Shown in pieces: positions 22,953 to 32,978 of a stretch of 64,000 bases of DNA; the stretch's first letter is position 1, and each line of letters opens with the position of its first letter. Under the pieces are notes generated by a model that made no database searches, was not told where the DNA came from, and saw only the letters and a list, made by a program, of their open reading frames with translations. The stretch is from positions 3,264,001 to 3,328,000 of the forward strand of contig OZ244252.1 in NCBI GenBank assembly GCA_965217185.1, written 5' to 3'. This stretch comes from an uncultured Candidatus Entotheonella sp. GTDB taxonomy: Bacteria > Tectomicrobia > Entotheonellia > Entotheonellales > Entotheonellaceae. Made by a program: the position numbers and the translations under genes.

Positions 22953-23921
22953 ATGGCTGATCCCGTCCTGCAGATCGAAGACCTCAGCGTTCGCTTTCAC
23001 CTCAAGCGCGGCAGGCTGACGGCTGTCGACCGTGTCTCCTTGACGGTGAACCGCAGCGAGACCTTCGGACTGGTCGGCGAATCCGGCTCCGGGAAGACGG
23101 TCACGGCACGCGCCGTCATGCGTCTCGTTCCCATCCCCCCCGGCGAGATTTTTCATGGCCGCGTCCTGTTCGACGGCGAGAACGTGCTGGACAAGTCGGA
23201 AGCCGAAATGCGCCAACTGCGCGGCAGGAAGATCGCCATGGTCTTTCAGGAGCCGATGAGCGCCCTGAATCCCGTCTTCACCGTTGGCAACCAGATCTCA
23301 GACGCCCTGCGAACCAACCTCGGCATGAGCAAAAGGGAGGCGAAGGAACGCGTCATCGAGCTCCTGAACCTGGTTGGCATCCCGTCGCCCGAATCGCGCT
23401 ACGGCAATTACGTACATGAATTCAGCGGCGGCATGCGACAGCGCGTCATGCTGGCCATGGCTCTCAGTTGCAATCCTTCTTTCTTGATTGCCGACGAACC
23501 CACCACCGCGCTCGACGTGACCATTCAGGCCACCATCCTCGAGCTCATCCGGAGCATGACCGAACGCTTTCACATGTCGCTGATTTTCATCACGCACAAC
23601 CTGGGCGTCGTCGCCCACACCTGCGACACCATCGGCGTTATGTACGCCTCTCACCTCGTCGAGCTCGGCACCAAGAACGAGATTTTCGCCAATCCGTTGC
23701 ACCCCTACACGCAGGGTCTGCTGAACTCCATTCCGCGCCTCGACACGCAGGCGAAATTCCTGACGCCGATCAAGGGTTTGGTGTGCAACATGCTGGAACC
23801 GCCGCAGGGCTGCAAATTCAACCCGCGCTGTGAGCACGCCATGGACATTTGCAGCCAGGAAGTGCCGCCGCTCAAAGAGGTTGCTCCCGGGCACTTCGTG
23901 GCCTGTCATCTGCATCCATGA
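22953..23921 (+). CDS. Oligopeptide/dipeptide ABC ATPase (OppD/DppD-like)
   Basis: [25 protein letters not shown]-terminal Cys motif. Confidence 0.93.
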   Translation: MADPVLQIEDLSVRFHLKRGRLTAVDRVSLTVNRSETFGLVGESGSGKTVTARAVMRLVPIPPGEIFHGRVLFDGENVLDKSEAEMRQLRGRKIAMVFQEPMSALNPVFTVGNQISDALRTNLGMSKREAKERVIELLNLVGIPSPESRYGNYVHEFSGGMRQRVMLAMALSCNPSFLIADEPTTALDVTIQATILELIRSMTERFHMSLIFITHNLGVVAHTCDTIGVMYASHLVELGTKNEIFANPLHPYTQGLLNSIPRLDTQAKFLTPIKGLVCNMLEPPQGCKFNPRCEHAMDICSQEVPPLKEVAPGHFVACHLHP

Positions 23922-23945
23922 GCCGGCATGGGAAACGGGACGCCA

Positions 23946-24923
23946 ATGAGTGATTATTTTCTGGAAGTCAAGAATCTCACCAAGTACTTCCCGTTGAATA
24001 ACGACCTGATCTCCCGCCTCGGCGGTAAGACCCGCACCCTGAGGGCCGTGGATGATATCAGCTTCTTCATCAAGCCCGGTGAAACGCTTGGATTGGTGGG
24101 GGAAAGCGGTTGCGGCAAATCTACCACGGCGCGCCTGATTACCCGCTTAATTGAGCCGAGTGGCGGCTCCATCTACCTGAAAGATGAAGATCTGCTGTCG
24201 TTTCCACCCGAACGCATGCTGGACGTGAGGAAGACCATTCAACTGGTCTTTCAAGACCCGTACAGTTCCCTGAACCCGCGCAAAACCATCATGCAGATTC
24301 TCAGCCGCCCGCTGGAGGTCCACAATCTCGCCAAGGGTTGGACGGCCAAGCGTCGCCACGTGCTGCATTTGCTGCGCCTGGTGGGCCTGGGCGTCGAGCA
24401 CGCCGACCGCTATCCGCATGAGTTCAGCGGCGGCCAGCGGCAGCGCATTGCCATCGCCAGAGCCTTGGCCGTCAGCCCTCAACTGATCATCGGCGACGAA
24501 CCCGTGTCAGCCCTGGATGTCTCCATTCAGGCGCAGATTCTCAATTTGTTCCGGGAGTTGCAGCAGGAGTTCAACCTGACCTATCTGTTCATCGCCCATG
24601 ACCTCAGCGTCATCCGTCACATCAGCGACCGGGTCGCGGTCATGTATGTCGGCAAGATCGTCGAAACCGGCACGGTGGAAACTATCTTCGAGAACCCCAA
24701 GCACCCCTACACGCACGCCCTGCTCATGGCCGTGCCCCATGCCGACCCGCTCAAGCCGCCGCCCCGCCTGACGCTGCAGGGCGAACTGGCCACCCCCGTC
24801 GATCCGCCGCCGGGCTGCCGTCTGTACGGCAGATGTCCCATCGCTACCGACATCTGCGGCGAGGTGTCGCCGGAATTGGTCGACCGCGGCAATGAGCATT
24901 ACGTCGCCTGCCACAATATCTAA
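23946..24923 (+). CDS. Oligopeptide/dipeptide ABC ATPase (OppF/DppF-like)
   Basis: GESGCGKST, FSGGQRQR, DEPVSALD. Confidence 0.93.
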   Translation: MSDYFLEVKNLTKYFPLNNDLISRLGGKTRTLRAVDDISFFIKPGETLGLVGESGCGKSTTARLITRLIEPSGGSIYLKDEDLLSFPPERMLDVRKTIQLVFQDPYSSLNPRKTIMQILSRPLEVHNLAKGWTAKRRHVLHLLRLVGLGVEHADRYPHEFSGGQRQRIAIARALAVSPQLIIGDEPVSALDVSIQAQILNLFRELQQEFNLTYLFIAHDLSVIRHISDRVAVMYVGKIVETGTVETIFENPKHPYTHALLMAVPHADPLKPPPRLTLQGELATPVDPPPGCRLYGRCPIATDICGEVSPELVDRGNEHYVACHNI

Positions 24924-25666
24924 AACGAGTATTGCAACCCCAAGGTGAATTGCGGGGTCTCGCCGAGGAAGCGGGCCTCCACGTTGACCACGACATGCCC
25001 GGCCGGGAAATCGACCAACGGATAAAAATTTACCCCAGCAAACCCCCGCACCGGAACGGCCGATTCAAAATCCGACTCCAGCACACCCTCGCCGCCCGAC
25101 AATGTTATTGTTGACTGGTGATAGGCCACCCCGCCGTAGAGTTGAAACGTCTCAAACCGCCGTGTGCCGACGCCCAAGGCGGCGTCGAATTCCTCCCACA
25201 AGCCCCCAACCTCGTAGCCTTCCTGACCGTCCACGTCATCGTCGTCGCTCGAAAAACGCAGGTACTGCCCCGTTACCCCGACGGCACCCCAACCAAACCG
25301 CAGCAGGCGCAGCCGCAAGCCGCCGCCATAGGCCAATCCGAATGAGCCGTTGAAGCCTGCGCCGACGATTTCGAAGTCGCCGCCGCCGAAGCGGGCGTAT
25401 ATCTCGCTCCAATCGGTCAACCCCGCAACGACAGTCACCAGAGCACGCCCGGTGCCGATCTTGAATTCCCTGCCCGCCACAAAGGGGCCTTGCGACTCCA
25501 TGACCTCCCTGAAACTGTCGCCAGCCAATTCAAGTCGCACCTGCAGCAGCCGTTCCTGGCGGGCGGCGGGGTACCCGATCATTCCGGCCAGTGCCGCAGG
25601 GGCTGAATCACACAACACCCAGATCGACACAACAACGCTCAACACAAGACGTACGCATATTGGCAT
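24920..25666 (-). CDS. Putative outer-membrane beta-barrel protein
   Basis: Signal peptide, alternating beta pattern, C-terminal LGLQYSF. Confidence 0.6.
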   Translation of the reverse strand: MPICVRLVLSVVVSIWVLCDSAPAALAGMIGYPAARQERLLQVRLELAGDSFREVMESQGPFVAGREFKIGTGRALVTVVAGLTDWSEIYARFGGGDFEIVGAGFNGSFGLAYGGGLRLRLLRFGWGAVGVTGQYLRFSSDDDDVDGQEGYEVGGLWEEFDAALGVGTRRFETFQLYGGVAYHQSTITLSGGEGVLESDFESAVPVRGFAGVNFYPLVDFPAGHVVVNVEARFLGETPQFTLGLQYSF

Positions 25667-25804
25667 TCGTGTTCTCCCACAGACGTGCAATGAATTTACA
25701 GGGGATGGAGCCTCGGGGCGGTATCGCTCGGGGGCTGTAGTTGGGGTGGTATCACGTTGGAAAACATAATGAATCGGCGTGGCAAAATATGAACGGGGCA
25801 GCGG

Positions 25805-26359
25805 TCAGCGTGACCAGCGCTGCCGGTTGGATCGACCCGCCCGCATGGTCCAGATTCTGTCCCACAACGGGGCGGCCTCGTCGTCGCGGTTGAGCTTTTC
25901 GAGCAGGAAGGCGAGGCGCTGCGCCACCTCCAGGTTATTGCCATCCGCCTCCAACAGTTGCTGGTAGATTTGAATAGCCGACTCGAACTGCCCACGCCGC
26001 TCATACGTCGTGCCGAGCTGAAAGTAATCCTCTTCCGTTTGCGGTTCCTCGGCTTGCGGCTCATCGGCGGGCATGTCGTCCGTCGCCGGTTCCGGCTCGT
26101 ACGCTTCCACCTTCTCAACTGTCGGGGGCGAGTCCATCTGGTGCAACGTATCGAGTTGTTCAAGCAAATGATCGAGATTCGGCGCCGACTCTGCCCCAGG
26201 GCGCCGCGCACGCTGGAGTTCCTCTTCAAGCTCTGCGATGCGCGCGCACAACTGCTCATTCTCCTGCACCAACAGCTGATTCTCCTCCCGCAGCCGCGCC
26301 ACCAGGCTTGCTGTCTGGCGAATCCTTGCCTCTAACAGGGCATACTTGTCGGCGGACAT
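25805..26359 (-). CDS. Coiled-coil (ZapB-like) plus TPR protein
   Basis: LLEARIRQ...LREENQLL..ENEQL heptads; YFQLG..YERRGQFESAIQIY TPR. Confidence 0.65.
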   Translation of the reverse strand: MSADKYALLEARIRQTASLVARLREENQLLVQENEQLCARIAELEEELQRARRPGAESAPNLDHLLEQLDTLHQMDSPPTVEKVEAYEPEPATDDMPADEPQAEEPQTEEDYFQLGTTYERRGQFESAIQIYQQLLEADGNNLEVAQRLAFLLEKLNRDDEAAPLWDRIWTMRAGRSNRQRWSR

Positions 26360-26637
26360 GATCGTCTCCTCGGCGCCAGCCTGCGCGACTCCGCCAGGGT
26401 CGTTCAGGCGCCTCATTTAGCTGTTCAAATCTCTCGATGCTCCGCATTGAGTGCCAGACTTTAATCAGACACGCCGGAACCTGTCAACGGCGTTTTTGCG
26501 CTTCATCGGCCCGTACGCCGTGTGATATTCTACGCGCCCCAACAACGTGAGTCGCAGTCAGCAACCCTTGCTCATCGAACGCCTCGGCAACCCACAGCAG
26601 CCGCGCTTCGGGAGTGAACAGCGAGAGGGAATCAGGG

Positions 26638-27732
26638 ATGACCATCACAGGACGAGGCGTCGTGGCGCGTCGCGCTGGAGAACCGGCACACGTGGAAGAA
26701 ATTCTCATTGATCCGCCGGGACCGGGCGAGGTGCTGGTTCGCGTGCAGGCCAGCGGTGTGTGCCACACCGATCTGCATTACAAGCTGGGCAGCGTCGGCA
26801 ATGATTTTCCGTACCTGCTCGGCCACGAGGGCGCCGGCATCGTCGAGGCCGTGGGTGAGGGCGTCACCGCCCCGGCAGTGGGCGATTACGTCATCCTGGC
26901 ATGGCGTGCGCCATGCGGCAATTGCCGTTTCTGCGCCATCGGCCAGCCGCATCTCTGCGCCGCCAGCCTCAACGCCGAGCCGCGCATGCGGACGGCAGAC
27001 GGCGTCACCCTCAGCCCGGCGCTGGGTATCGGGACATTCTGCACGCACACCGTCGTGGCCGCTCGGCAAGCTGTGCCCGTGTCCACCGAATGTCCGCCGG
27101 TGCAGGCTTGCTTGATTGGTTGCGGCGTCATGACCGGCATTGGTGCCGTGCTCTATACGGCATCCGTGAGGCGCGGCAGCACCGTTGCCGTTTTCGGCTG
27201 CGGCGGCGTCGGCGCCAGCGTGATTCAGGGCGCCAGGATTGCTCACGCCGCCAAGATCATCGCCGTTGACATTGCCGAGAACAAGCTTAACTGGGCTCGC
27301 GAGTTTGGCGCCACGGACTTGGTGAACGCCCGCGACGGCGACCCGGTGGCAGCAATCAAGGAACTGACAGGCGGTAACGGCGTCGATTTCTCCTTCGAGG
27401 CGATTGGCCGACCCGAAACCTTGCTGCAGGCCCTGTGGGCGCGCGATCTCGCCGGCACGTGTGTGCTCATTGGCGTGCCGGACCCGACGATGCGTCTGGA
27501 CCTGCCGATTCAGCAATTCTTCGGCTTGGGCGGCGCACTGCGGGTGAGCTGGTACGGCGACTGCCTGCCGTCGCGCGATTTCCCCATGCTGGCGGATTGG
27601 TACCGGCGCGGTGACCTCGACCTCGACCGGGCTGTCACGCGGGTCATCACGCTCGACGAGACGGAACCCGCCTTTGAGGCCATGGAGCGGGGCGAGACAC
27701 TGCGCTCGGTCGTCCATCTCCCCGACGATTAA
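26638..27732 (+). CDS. Zn-dependent dehydrogenase, S-(hydroxymethyl)mycothiol dehydrogenase (MscR/AdhE2)-like
   Basis: GVCHTDLHY, LLGHEGAG, WRAPCGNCRFC, LSPALGIG, SWYGDCLPSRDFP. Confidence 0.82.
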   Translation: MTITGRGVVARRAGEPAHVEEILIDPPGPGEVLVRVQASGVCHTDLHYKLGSVGNDFPYLLGHEGAGIVEAVGEGVTAPAVGDYVILAWRAPCGNCRFCAIGQPHLCAASLNAEPRMRTADGVTLSPALGIGTFCTHTVVAARQAVPVSTECPPVQACLIGCGVMTGIGAVLYTASVRRGSTVAVFGCGGVGASVIQGARIAHAAKIIAVDIAENKLNWAREFGATDLVNARDGDPVAAIKELTGGNGVDFSFEAIGRPETLLQALWARDLAGTCVLIGVPDPTMRLDLPIQQFFGLGGALRVSWYGDCLPSRDFPMLADWYRRGDLDLDRAVTRVITLDETEPAFEAMERGETLRSVVHLPDD

Positions 27733-27813
27733 GCCGAATCTGAGACCGAAACCCATCATCCCCTTCCAGAAGCGGTTCTCATGCGAGGGCCGCTTCGCCC
27801 ACCTGCACCGTTC

Positions 27814-28581
27814 CTAACGCGGTCCGTAAGCGTCTACCAGAGCCGCGACCAAGCCGCCAATCGTGTATTCGGAAGCCTCCACGTCGACGCGTAGCCCCAA
27901 GTTGCGGGCGGTCTCAGCCGTTATCGGGCCGATGACGGCAACCTGTGCCCGATCTGCCAGCGAACGGGCGCGGGCTTGGCCCAGTTGGGCAACGAAGTTG
28001 CGAACCGTGCTACTCGCCGTGAAGGTGAGAACGTCGACGCCGGCCTCAATTTCGGCGAGGGTTTCGGAGGAAGGTTCGGGCAGGATGGTATCGTAGGCGG
28101 ATACCTCGACCACCTGGGCGCCGGCGCGTTGCAAGCCGATGCGCAGCGTGTCACGGGCCAGGGCCGCGCGCGGCAACAGGAAGCGCTTGCCGGCCGGGTC
28201 TGGCATCACCTCCAGCAGCGCCTCGGCAACGAACCGCTTCGGCACCACAACGCTTTGCAGACCCCTCGCGGCCAGTTCGGCGGCGGTTGCAGGACCGATG
28301 GCGGCCAGTTGCAGACGTGTGAAAACGTGATCGTCCAACCCAAGCACAGCCATGCGCTGCCAGACGTGGTCGACGCCGTTGACACTGGTAAACACGACCC
28401 AGTCGAACGTCGCCAACTCGCGCAGGGCTGCGTCCAGCGCCGCGTACCCGTCTCTCGGTGGGGTGATGTGAATGGTTGGAAATGACAGCGGCACTGCCCC
28501 CAATGCCTGGAGGCGCGCTTCAAGATCGTGCGCCTGCGCCTGCGCCCGCGTCACCAAGATGCGTTTGCCCTGCAGAGGCAT
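27814..28581 (-). CDS. hemD: Uroporphyrinogen-III synthase
   Basis: ILVTRA, FTSVNGV, AIGPAT, FTASSTV, IGPITA. Confidence 0.9.
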   Translation of the reverse strand: MPLQGKRILVTRAQAQAHDLEARLQALGAVPLSFPTIHITPPRDGYAALDAALRELATFDWVVFTSVNGVDHVWQRMAVLGLDDHVFTRLQLAAIGPATAAELAARGLQSVVVPKRFVAEALLEVMPDPAGKRFLLPRAALARDTLRIGLQRAGAQVVEVSAYDTILPEPSSETLAEIEAGVDVLTFTASSTVRNFVAQLGQARARSLADRAQVAVIGPITAETARNLGLRVDVEASEYTIGGLVAALVDAYGPR

Positions 28582-28651
28582 GGTTACCGAATCTTCGTGG
28601 GAATGGCGAATGTTGCTGTCCATGGGGGAGTTCCCAGCCGCGGGCTGCGGC

Positions 28652-30562
28652 TCACGTAAACAGGACGTACTGGCGGAGAAAGGCATCCACCGCGCCGTAG
28701 AAATGCGCGATGGTTTCGGTCTTGCGCCAGCCGTGTCCCTCGCCGGCGTAGACATGGTAAACATGCGGCACGCTGCGGCTCACCAGGGAGGCGACGATTG
28801 CGTCGGCCTGCGCCTTGGGCACCACTTGGTCGATCTCGCCCTGAAACACCGCCACGGGGTCGCGAATGGCTTCGGCGGCGAACAGGGGCGAGCGTTCGCG
28901 GTACAAGCCGGCCGCTTGCGGCAGCGGGCCGATCAACTGGTCGAGGTAATGCGCCTCGAATTTGTGGGTCGTGGCCACCAGGGCGAACAGGTCTGAAATA
29001 CCGTACATGCTGATGCCGGCTCTGAAGAAACCGACATGGTTCACCAATGCTTGCAGGACCGTATAACCTCCGGCGCTGCCGCCCATGATGACCAGCTTGC
29101 CGCCGTCCACCCATCCCTGCTCGACGAGATGACCCGCCCCGCTGATCGCGTCTTCGATGTCGTAAACGCCCCAGGTGCCGCGCAGCGCCTCAGTGTAATC
29201 CCGGCCGTAGCCCGTGCTGCCGCGGTAATTGACCTGCAGCACGGCGTAACCGCGCGTGGTGAAAAACTGCGTTGCCGGGTGAAAGCTTGCCACCGCTTGC
29301 GAGGTGGGGCCGCCGTGAATAGAGACAATCGCGGGTGGCAGGCCGATGCCCTGGAAGCGGGTGCTGCTCGGCGGGTAGAAGAGGCCGTGCACCGTTGTGC
29401 CGCCGGGGGTCGGCCATGACACCGCCTGTGGCCGCGAGAATTCCTGCTCGGGAACACTTTCCGAGGCACTGCGTTTGCGCACGCGGGCGGCTTGGGGATT
29501 GTCGAGGGGCAGGGTAATGATCCGCGCCGGTAGCGTACTGGACGAGGCGATACACGCCAGCATATCTCGGGTCGGAGACAAGGCCGGTTGTTCGAGATAC
29601 GTGTAGGTCTCCAGGCCGGCATGATGGTCGGCAGCCGTGTCGCGTTGCAGGTCGTAGCGCCAAAGCCGCCGGAAGCCCGCTTCGTTGCGCACGTAGTACA
29701 GGGCGCTGCCGTCGGGCGCAAAGCCGTGCGTGCGGGTGCCCTGTTGCCAGGCCGGTTGCCCCACGTCGGCGCCATCGGCTGTCAGCATGCGGTGACGGTC
29801 GTCGTGCAGGTCGTACAGGTAGAGATTGCTCCATCCCGTTGCGTTGGATACATAGGCCAGACTGCAGCCATCCGGCGAAAACGCCGGTTGAAAGACAGCC
29901 GTCGTTTCGTCCCCGGCCAGCGTTTGTACGTCTCCCAGACGGGGAACACCGTCGCTGCCGGGTTGCACCGTACCCATCTTGAGCAGCGATCCGTCCCACG
30001 GCATCCGCGGATGGTTCCACTCCACCCAGGCGATTCGGTTTCCCTGCGGGTGCCAGCACGGCTGCATGTAGAAATCCGCGCCCGCCGCCAATTTCTGCGG
30101 CCACGCCTGCCCGCCGGCATCCACGACCGCCAGGCAATCCACGTCCTCATACGTGTGGACGAAGACCATCCAACGCCGGTCCGGCGACACTGTGGGCGCC
30201 GCGGCGTATCCGAACGCCGGCGTCAACGGCTCGGCAGGCCCGCCGGCCAAGGGTTGCCGGTAAAGCCGCCCACTCGCCTCGCTAAAATAGACCCAGCCGC
30301 TCGCCACGCCAAAGTCACCGCCCCCGTAGCCGACCCGTGCGCGCACCGACAACGTCGTCGTCAAATCCCGCGGCGCTTCCTCACCCGCCGGCAAGCATAC
30401 CAGAACCCCGCGGTCCGAGCGGCCCTCCAGCCACACCAGGGTCTCCCCGTCGCTGTCCCACGCCACATCCGAAAGCCGCAACCCTTCCGCCAGACTCTGC
30501 GGCGCAACAAGGCTTGGCCACAAGCCGTACTGCATCGACCGTTTCTGCTGGATGTCTGACAT
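28652..30562 (-). CDS. S9-family (prolyl oligopeptidase-like) peptidase
   Basis: HGGPT, NYRGSTGYG, GGSAGG, GEGHG. Confidence 0.93.
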   Translation of the reverse strand: MSDIQQKRSMQYGLWPSLVAPQSLAEGLRLSDVAWDSDGETLVWLEGRSDRGVLVCLPAGEEAPRDLTTTLSVRARVGYGGGDFGVASGWVYFSEASGRLYRQPLAGGPAEPLTPAFGYAAAPTVSPDRRWMVFVHTYEDVDCLAVVDAGGQAWPQKLAAGADFYMQPCWHPQGNRIAWVEWNHPRMPWDGSLLKMGTVQPGSDGVPRLGDVQTLAGDETTAVFQPAFSPDGCSLAYVSNATGWSNLYLYDLHDDRHRMLTADGADVGQPAWQQGTRTHGFAPDGSALYYVRNEAGFRRLWRYDLQRDTAADHHAGLETYTYLEQPALSPTRDMLACIASSSTLPARIITLPLDNPQAARVRKRSASESVPEQEFSRPQAVSWPTPGGTTVHGLFYPPSSTRFQGIGLPPAIVSIHGGPTSQAVASFHPATQFFTTRGYAVLQVNYRGSTGYGRDYTEALRGTWGVYDIEDAISGAGHLVEQGWVDGGKLVIMGGSAGGYTVLQALVNHVGFFRAGISMYGISDLFALVATTHKFEAHYLDQLIGPLPQAAGLYRERSPLFAAEAIRDPVAVFQGEIDQVVPKAQADAIVASLVSRSVPHVYHVYAGEGHGWRKTETIAHFYGAVDAFLRQYVLFT

Positions 30563-30593
30563 CGTTCCTCCACAACCTATCCGTTATGTTGAA

Positions 30594-30708
30594 TCTACCG
30601 CACTGGCCTTGTTCCTTCAGCCTTGACCGGTTGTTTTGGGAATTTCGGGATGAACGGCGACATCAATCTCTTTCCTGCGCGGATAATCGTCGTGAACTCG
30701 TTTTTCAT
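30594..30708 (-). pseudogene. Degenerate second hicB-like gene
   Basis: Starts in a TGATG overlap with hicA: MKNEFTTII, then in a shifted frame VAVHPEIPKTTGQG*, resembling HicB 'FTAIIE...PEIPGANGQG'. Confidence 0.5.
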
Positions 30709-30935
30709 CATTCACCTGCCTGAATCAGTTCTTCAACCGTAAGCCCTATATCTCTTGCGATTTGCCGCAAAAGAATCGGCGAAATGTCTCTTCCTTTATG
30801 AAAGGGAACCGTTGTCGCTCTTCCGTCCGCATGACGGTATTGTTTATGCGAGCCTCTTTGGCGGACTTCCCGAAACCCCAACGCAGCAAGTAAACGAACC
30901 ACTTCCCCAAGTTTGAGCACCGGCACTTTGGGCAT
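30708..30935 (-). CDS. hicA: HicA-family toxin
   Basis: GF.EVRQRGSH..YRH.DGR.TTVPFH. Confidence 0.92.
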   Translation of the reverse strand: MPKVPVLKLGEVVRLLAALGFREVRQRGSHKQYRHADGRATTVPFHKGRDISPILLRQIARDIGLTVEELIQAGE

Positions 30936-31144
30936 TATGGGACTTCAATTTGTTGAATGCCGACAAACTCGGAGTCAATAGATGGCCCAGTGCCATCTTC
31001 CATAAGCATTGTGATCACTTCTTTCAGGTGTTCGTTCAGTTCATCCAAGGTTTCGCCTTGGGAGTGCGCACCAGGAAAGCCGGGCACATACCCGACATAC
31101 AACCCGGTCTCCTTGCAGCATTCCACAATAGCCGTAACTCTCAT
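30935..31144 (-). CDS. hicB: HicB-family antitoxin (short, no DNA-binding domain)
   Basis: YVGYVPGFPGAHSQGETLDEL..LKEVI. Confidence 0.9.
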   Translation of the reverse strand: MRVTAIVECCKETGLYVGYVPGFPGAHSQGETLDELNEHLKEVITMLMEDGTGPSIDSEFVGIQQIEVP

Positions 31145-31190
31145 TTGCTTCCCTTCTCTCCAGTTTATACGCAGGATCGTCTCTGCACGT

Positions 31191-31808
31191 TCAGAGCGGC
31201 AGGCCGTCCGCCGAAAAACGCGAGGCACCAAGCGCCATGAGGTGGGCATTGTACGGCGAGTCCAAAGCGAGGACCGGCTTGCGGCTTGTCAGAGCATGCT
31301 TGCACAGCGCCTCGGTCTTGCCGTTTTGTTGGGCGTATGCCACGAGGATACGATTGGAAACGGCAGCAACGTAAGCGTTTCGCTTGGCTACGATGGCCGC
31401 GGTCGGTCGACGGATGTTGTCGTCGAAAAAGGAAAGGATCAACAAACGCCCATCCGTCAACGGAGCGCGCCAGATTTTCGGAACGCGCATGTTGCCAAGA
31501 CCCCGTGCCGGACAGATAACAACGCGGACCCGCCCCCATAGCAGCACGTCCAGAAACTCCTTTTCCATCGGCGACTGAAACCCGCCGATGAGCGTTATGT
31601 CGGTTCCCCGAAGGGCTTTGGCGAGGTCGTAGGTCTTCAGAATAATGTCGCCCGGACAACGCACCGAGCAGAAGAAACCGGTCAGGACGCCGTCAAGTAG
31701 GGCGAGGTCTCCCAGCACAGTGGTCGCAGGCGTGCTGACGGCATTAAAGCAATGCTGCAACACGGCCGGCGTGTCCGGCAGCCCCGGTTCATAGCGCCTG
31801 GCTGTCAA
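31191..31808 (-). CDS. DprA/SMF-like (SLOG fold) protein, short form
   Basis: FFCSVRCPG, IGGFQSPMEKE, ICPARG, RNAYVAA. Confidence 0.7.
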   Translation of the reverse strand: MTARRYEPGLPDTPAVLQHCFNAVSTPATTVLGDLALLDGVLTGFFCSVRCPGDIILKTYDLAKALRGTDITLIGGFQSPMEKEFLDVLLWGRVRVVICPARGLGNMRVPKIWRAPLTDGRLLILSFFDDNIRRPTAAIVAKRNAYVAAVSNRILVAYAQQNGKTEALCKHALTSRKPVLALDSPYNAHLMALGASRFSADGLPL

Positions 31809-32014
31809 TCGTGTACGTCCGGTTTGGTGCGTTCAATGCAAAGTCCAGGCTGACGTAGTTCGTCAATGGCCGCTTCAAATCCGTCATCTTCCTCTCCCGG
31901 CCATGTGCCAAAAAGCGTTCGCATGTGTATCAGCGGGCGGACGTTCTGAGACTTTGCCAACTCGTCAAGCGTCGGCGATTCCCAAAAGCTCTGCGTAATC
32001 GGTGGCTCCTTCAA
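31805..32014 (-). CDS. Small hypothetical protein, possibly antitoxin-like
   Basis: LDELA.SQ.VRP...WPGEEDDGFEAAI..LR pattern; TTG start; 4-nt overlap with the next gene. Confidence 0.5.
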   Translation of the reverse strand: MKEPPITQSFWESPTLDELAKSQNVRPLIHMRTLFGTWPGEEDDGFEAAIDELRQPGLCIERTKPDVHD

Positions 32015-32033
32015 GTTTGGCGTTCCCCTGGCA

Positions 32034-32978
32034 TTACCGAAGATTTTTATCCGCCTCAGCCAGAAACACGATGGCCGATGCCGTCATGTGCAGCATGTAC
32101 GCCACAAGATGATTCGGCACGGTTGTCGGGGTTGTGCCTTGGCCGTGACCGCTTAATTTGTTGCGTCCGGTAGGCACGCCGCTTTCCAAAAGACTTCTCA
32201 GGGACGAGTAGTGCGATTCCCAAAACGGCGGGATCAATCCGTTGTCGAAACACGCCTGAATCAAGGGCCTTGCCGTTGCACTGCTGCCATATTGCCAGCC
32301 TCTCTTGCCGCAAATCGTTTTCATGACGCTCTCGAATGCTTTCAGGTATTCGCTGAGCGCTTCTTTTGCGTTCCCCTTTCGGTGGTGTTCGTGCGCTTTT
32401 AGGAACTCTTCCTGGGCTCCGGCAAAGTGCGGTTGGTCGAGTAATTTGAGAGCAGGCTTAACAACTTCAGAATAAATAAATTCGGAATCTCTGCGGATAA
32501 TCTGCCCATTTGTTAATTGATAGCCTATTCCATGTTCCTTAAATCTATCATTTAATTCCTCTATTGCACTATCAGCTTTTTCTGAAGGATTACGTCGTCC
32601 TAGGTAATCTATATCTCTCGTAAATATATGTATAGCCTGAAAGGATAACTGTATGGCATCAATGGCTCTTTCAATATCTCTTTCTTTCATAAAGAAATCA
32701 ACAAGATCTTCAATAGGTTCTCTGCTTCCATAATGCTGTTTTGCTCCAGGCAAGATAAAAACACCATATTCATGGCATAGAGATTGGACTATGAATTCAT
32801 AGGTCTTCCCTACGCTTCTTCGCGTTCGTGCCTGATCTTGATTGCCAAGAACATCCATCCAGATATGAACAATCTGTACTCTAAGCGGTTCAGGCAAGTC
32901 ATTGTATACATAAACGTCAGGAACCTCGCCTCGGAGTCTCTTCTGGCGCTTTGAGAATAAATTGATTATCGGCATCAT
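32034..32978 (-). CDS. STM4504/CBY_0614-like abortive-infection protein (C-terminal HEPN-like motif)
   Basis: LFSKRQKRLRGEVPDVY.Y, LRVQIVHIW, RNKLSGHG (Rx4-6H). Confidence 0.75.
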   Translation of the reverse strand: MMPIINLFSKRQKRLRGEVPDVYVYNDLPEPLRVQIVHIWMDVLGNQDQARTRRSVGKTYEFIVQSLCHEYGVFILPGAKQHYGSREPIEDLVDFFMKERDIERAIDAIQLSFQAIHIFTRDIDYLGRRNPSEKADSAIEELNDRFKEHGIGYQLTNGQIIRRDSEFIYSEVVKPALKLLDQPHFAGAQEEFLKAHEHHRKGNAKEALSEYLKAFESVMKTICGKRGWQYGSSATARPLIQACFDNGLIPPFWESHYSSLRSLLESGVPTGRNKLSGHGQGTTPTTVPNHLVAYMLHMTASAIVFLAEADKNLR

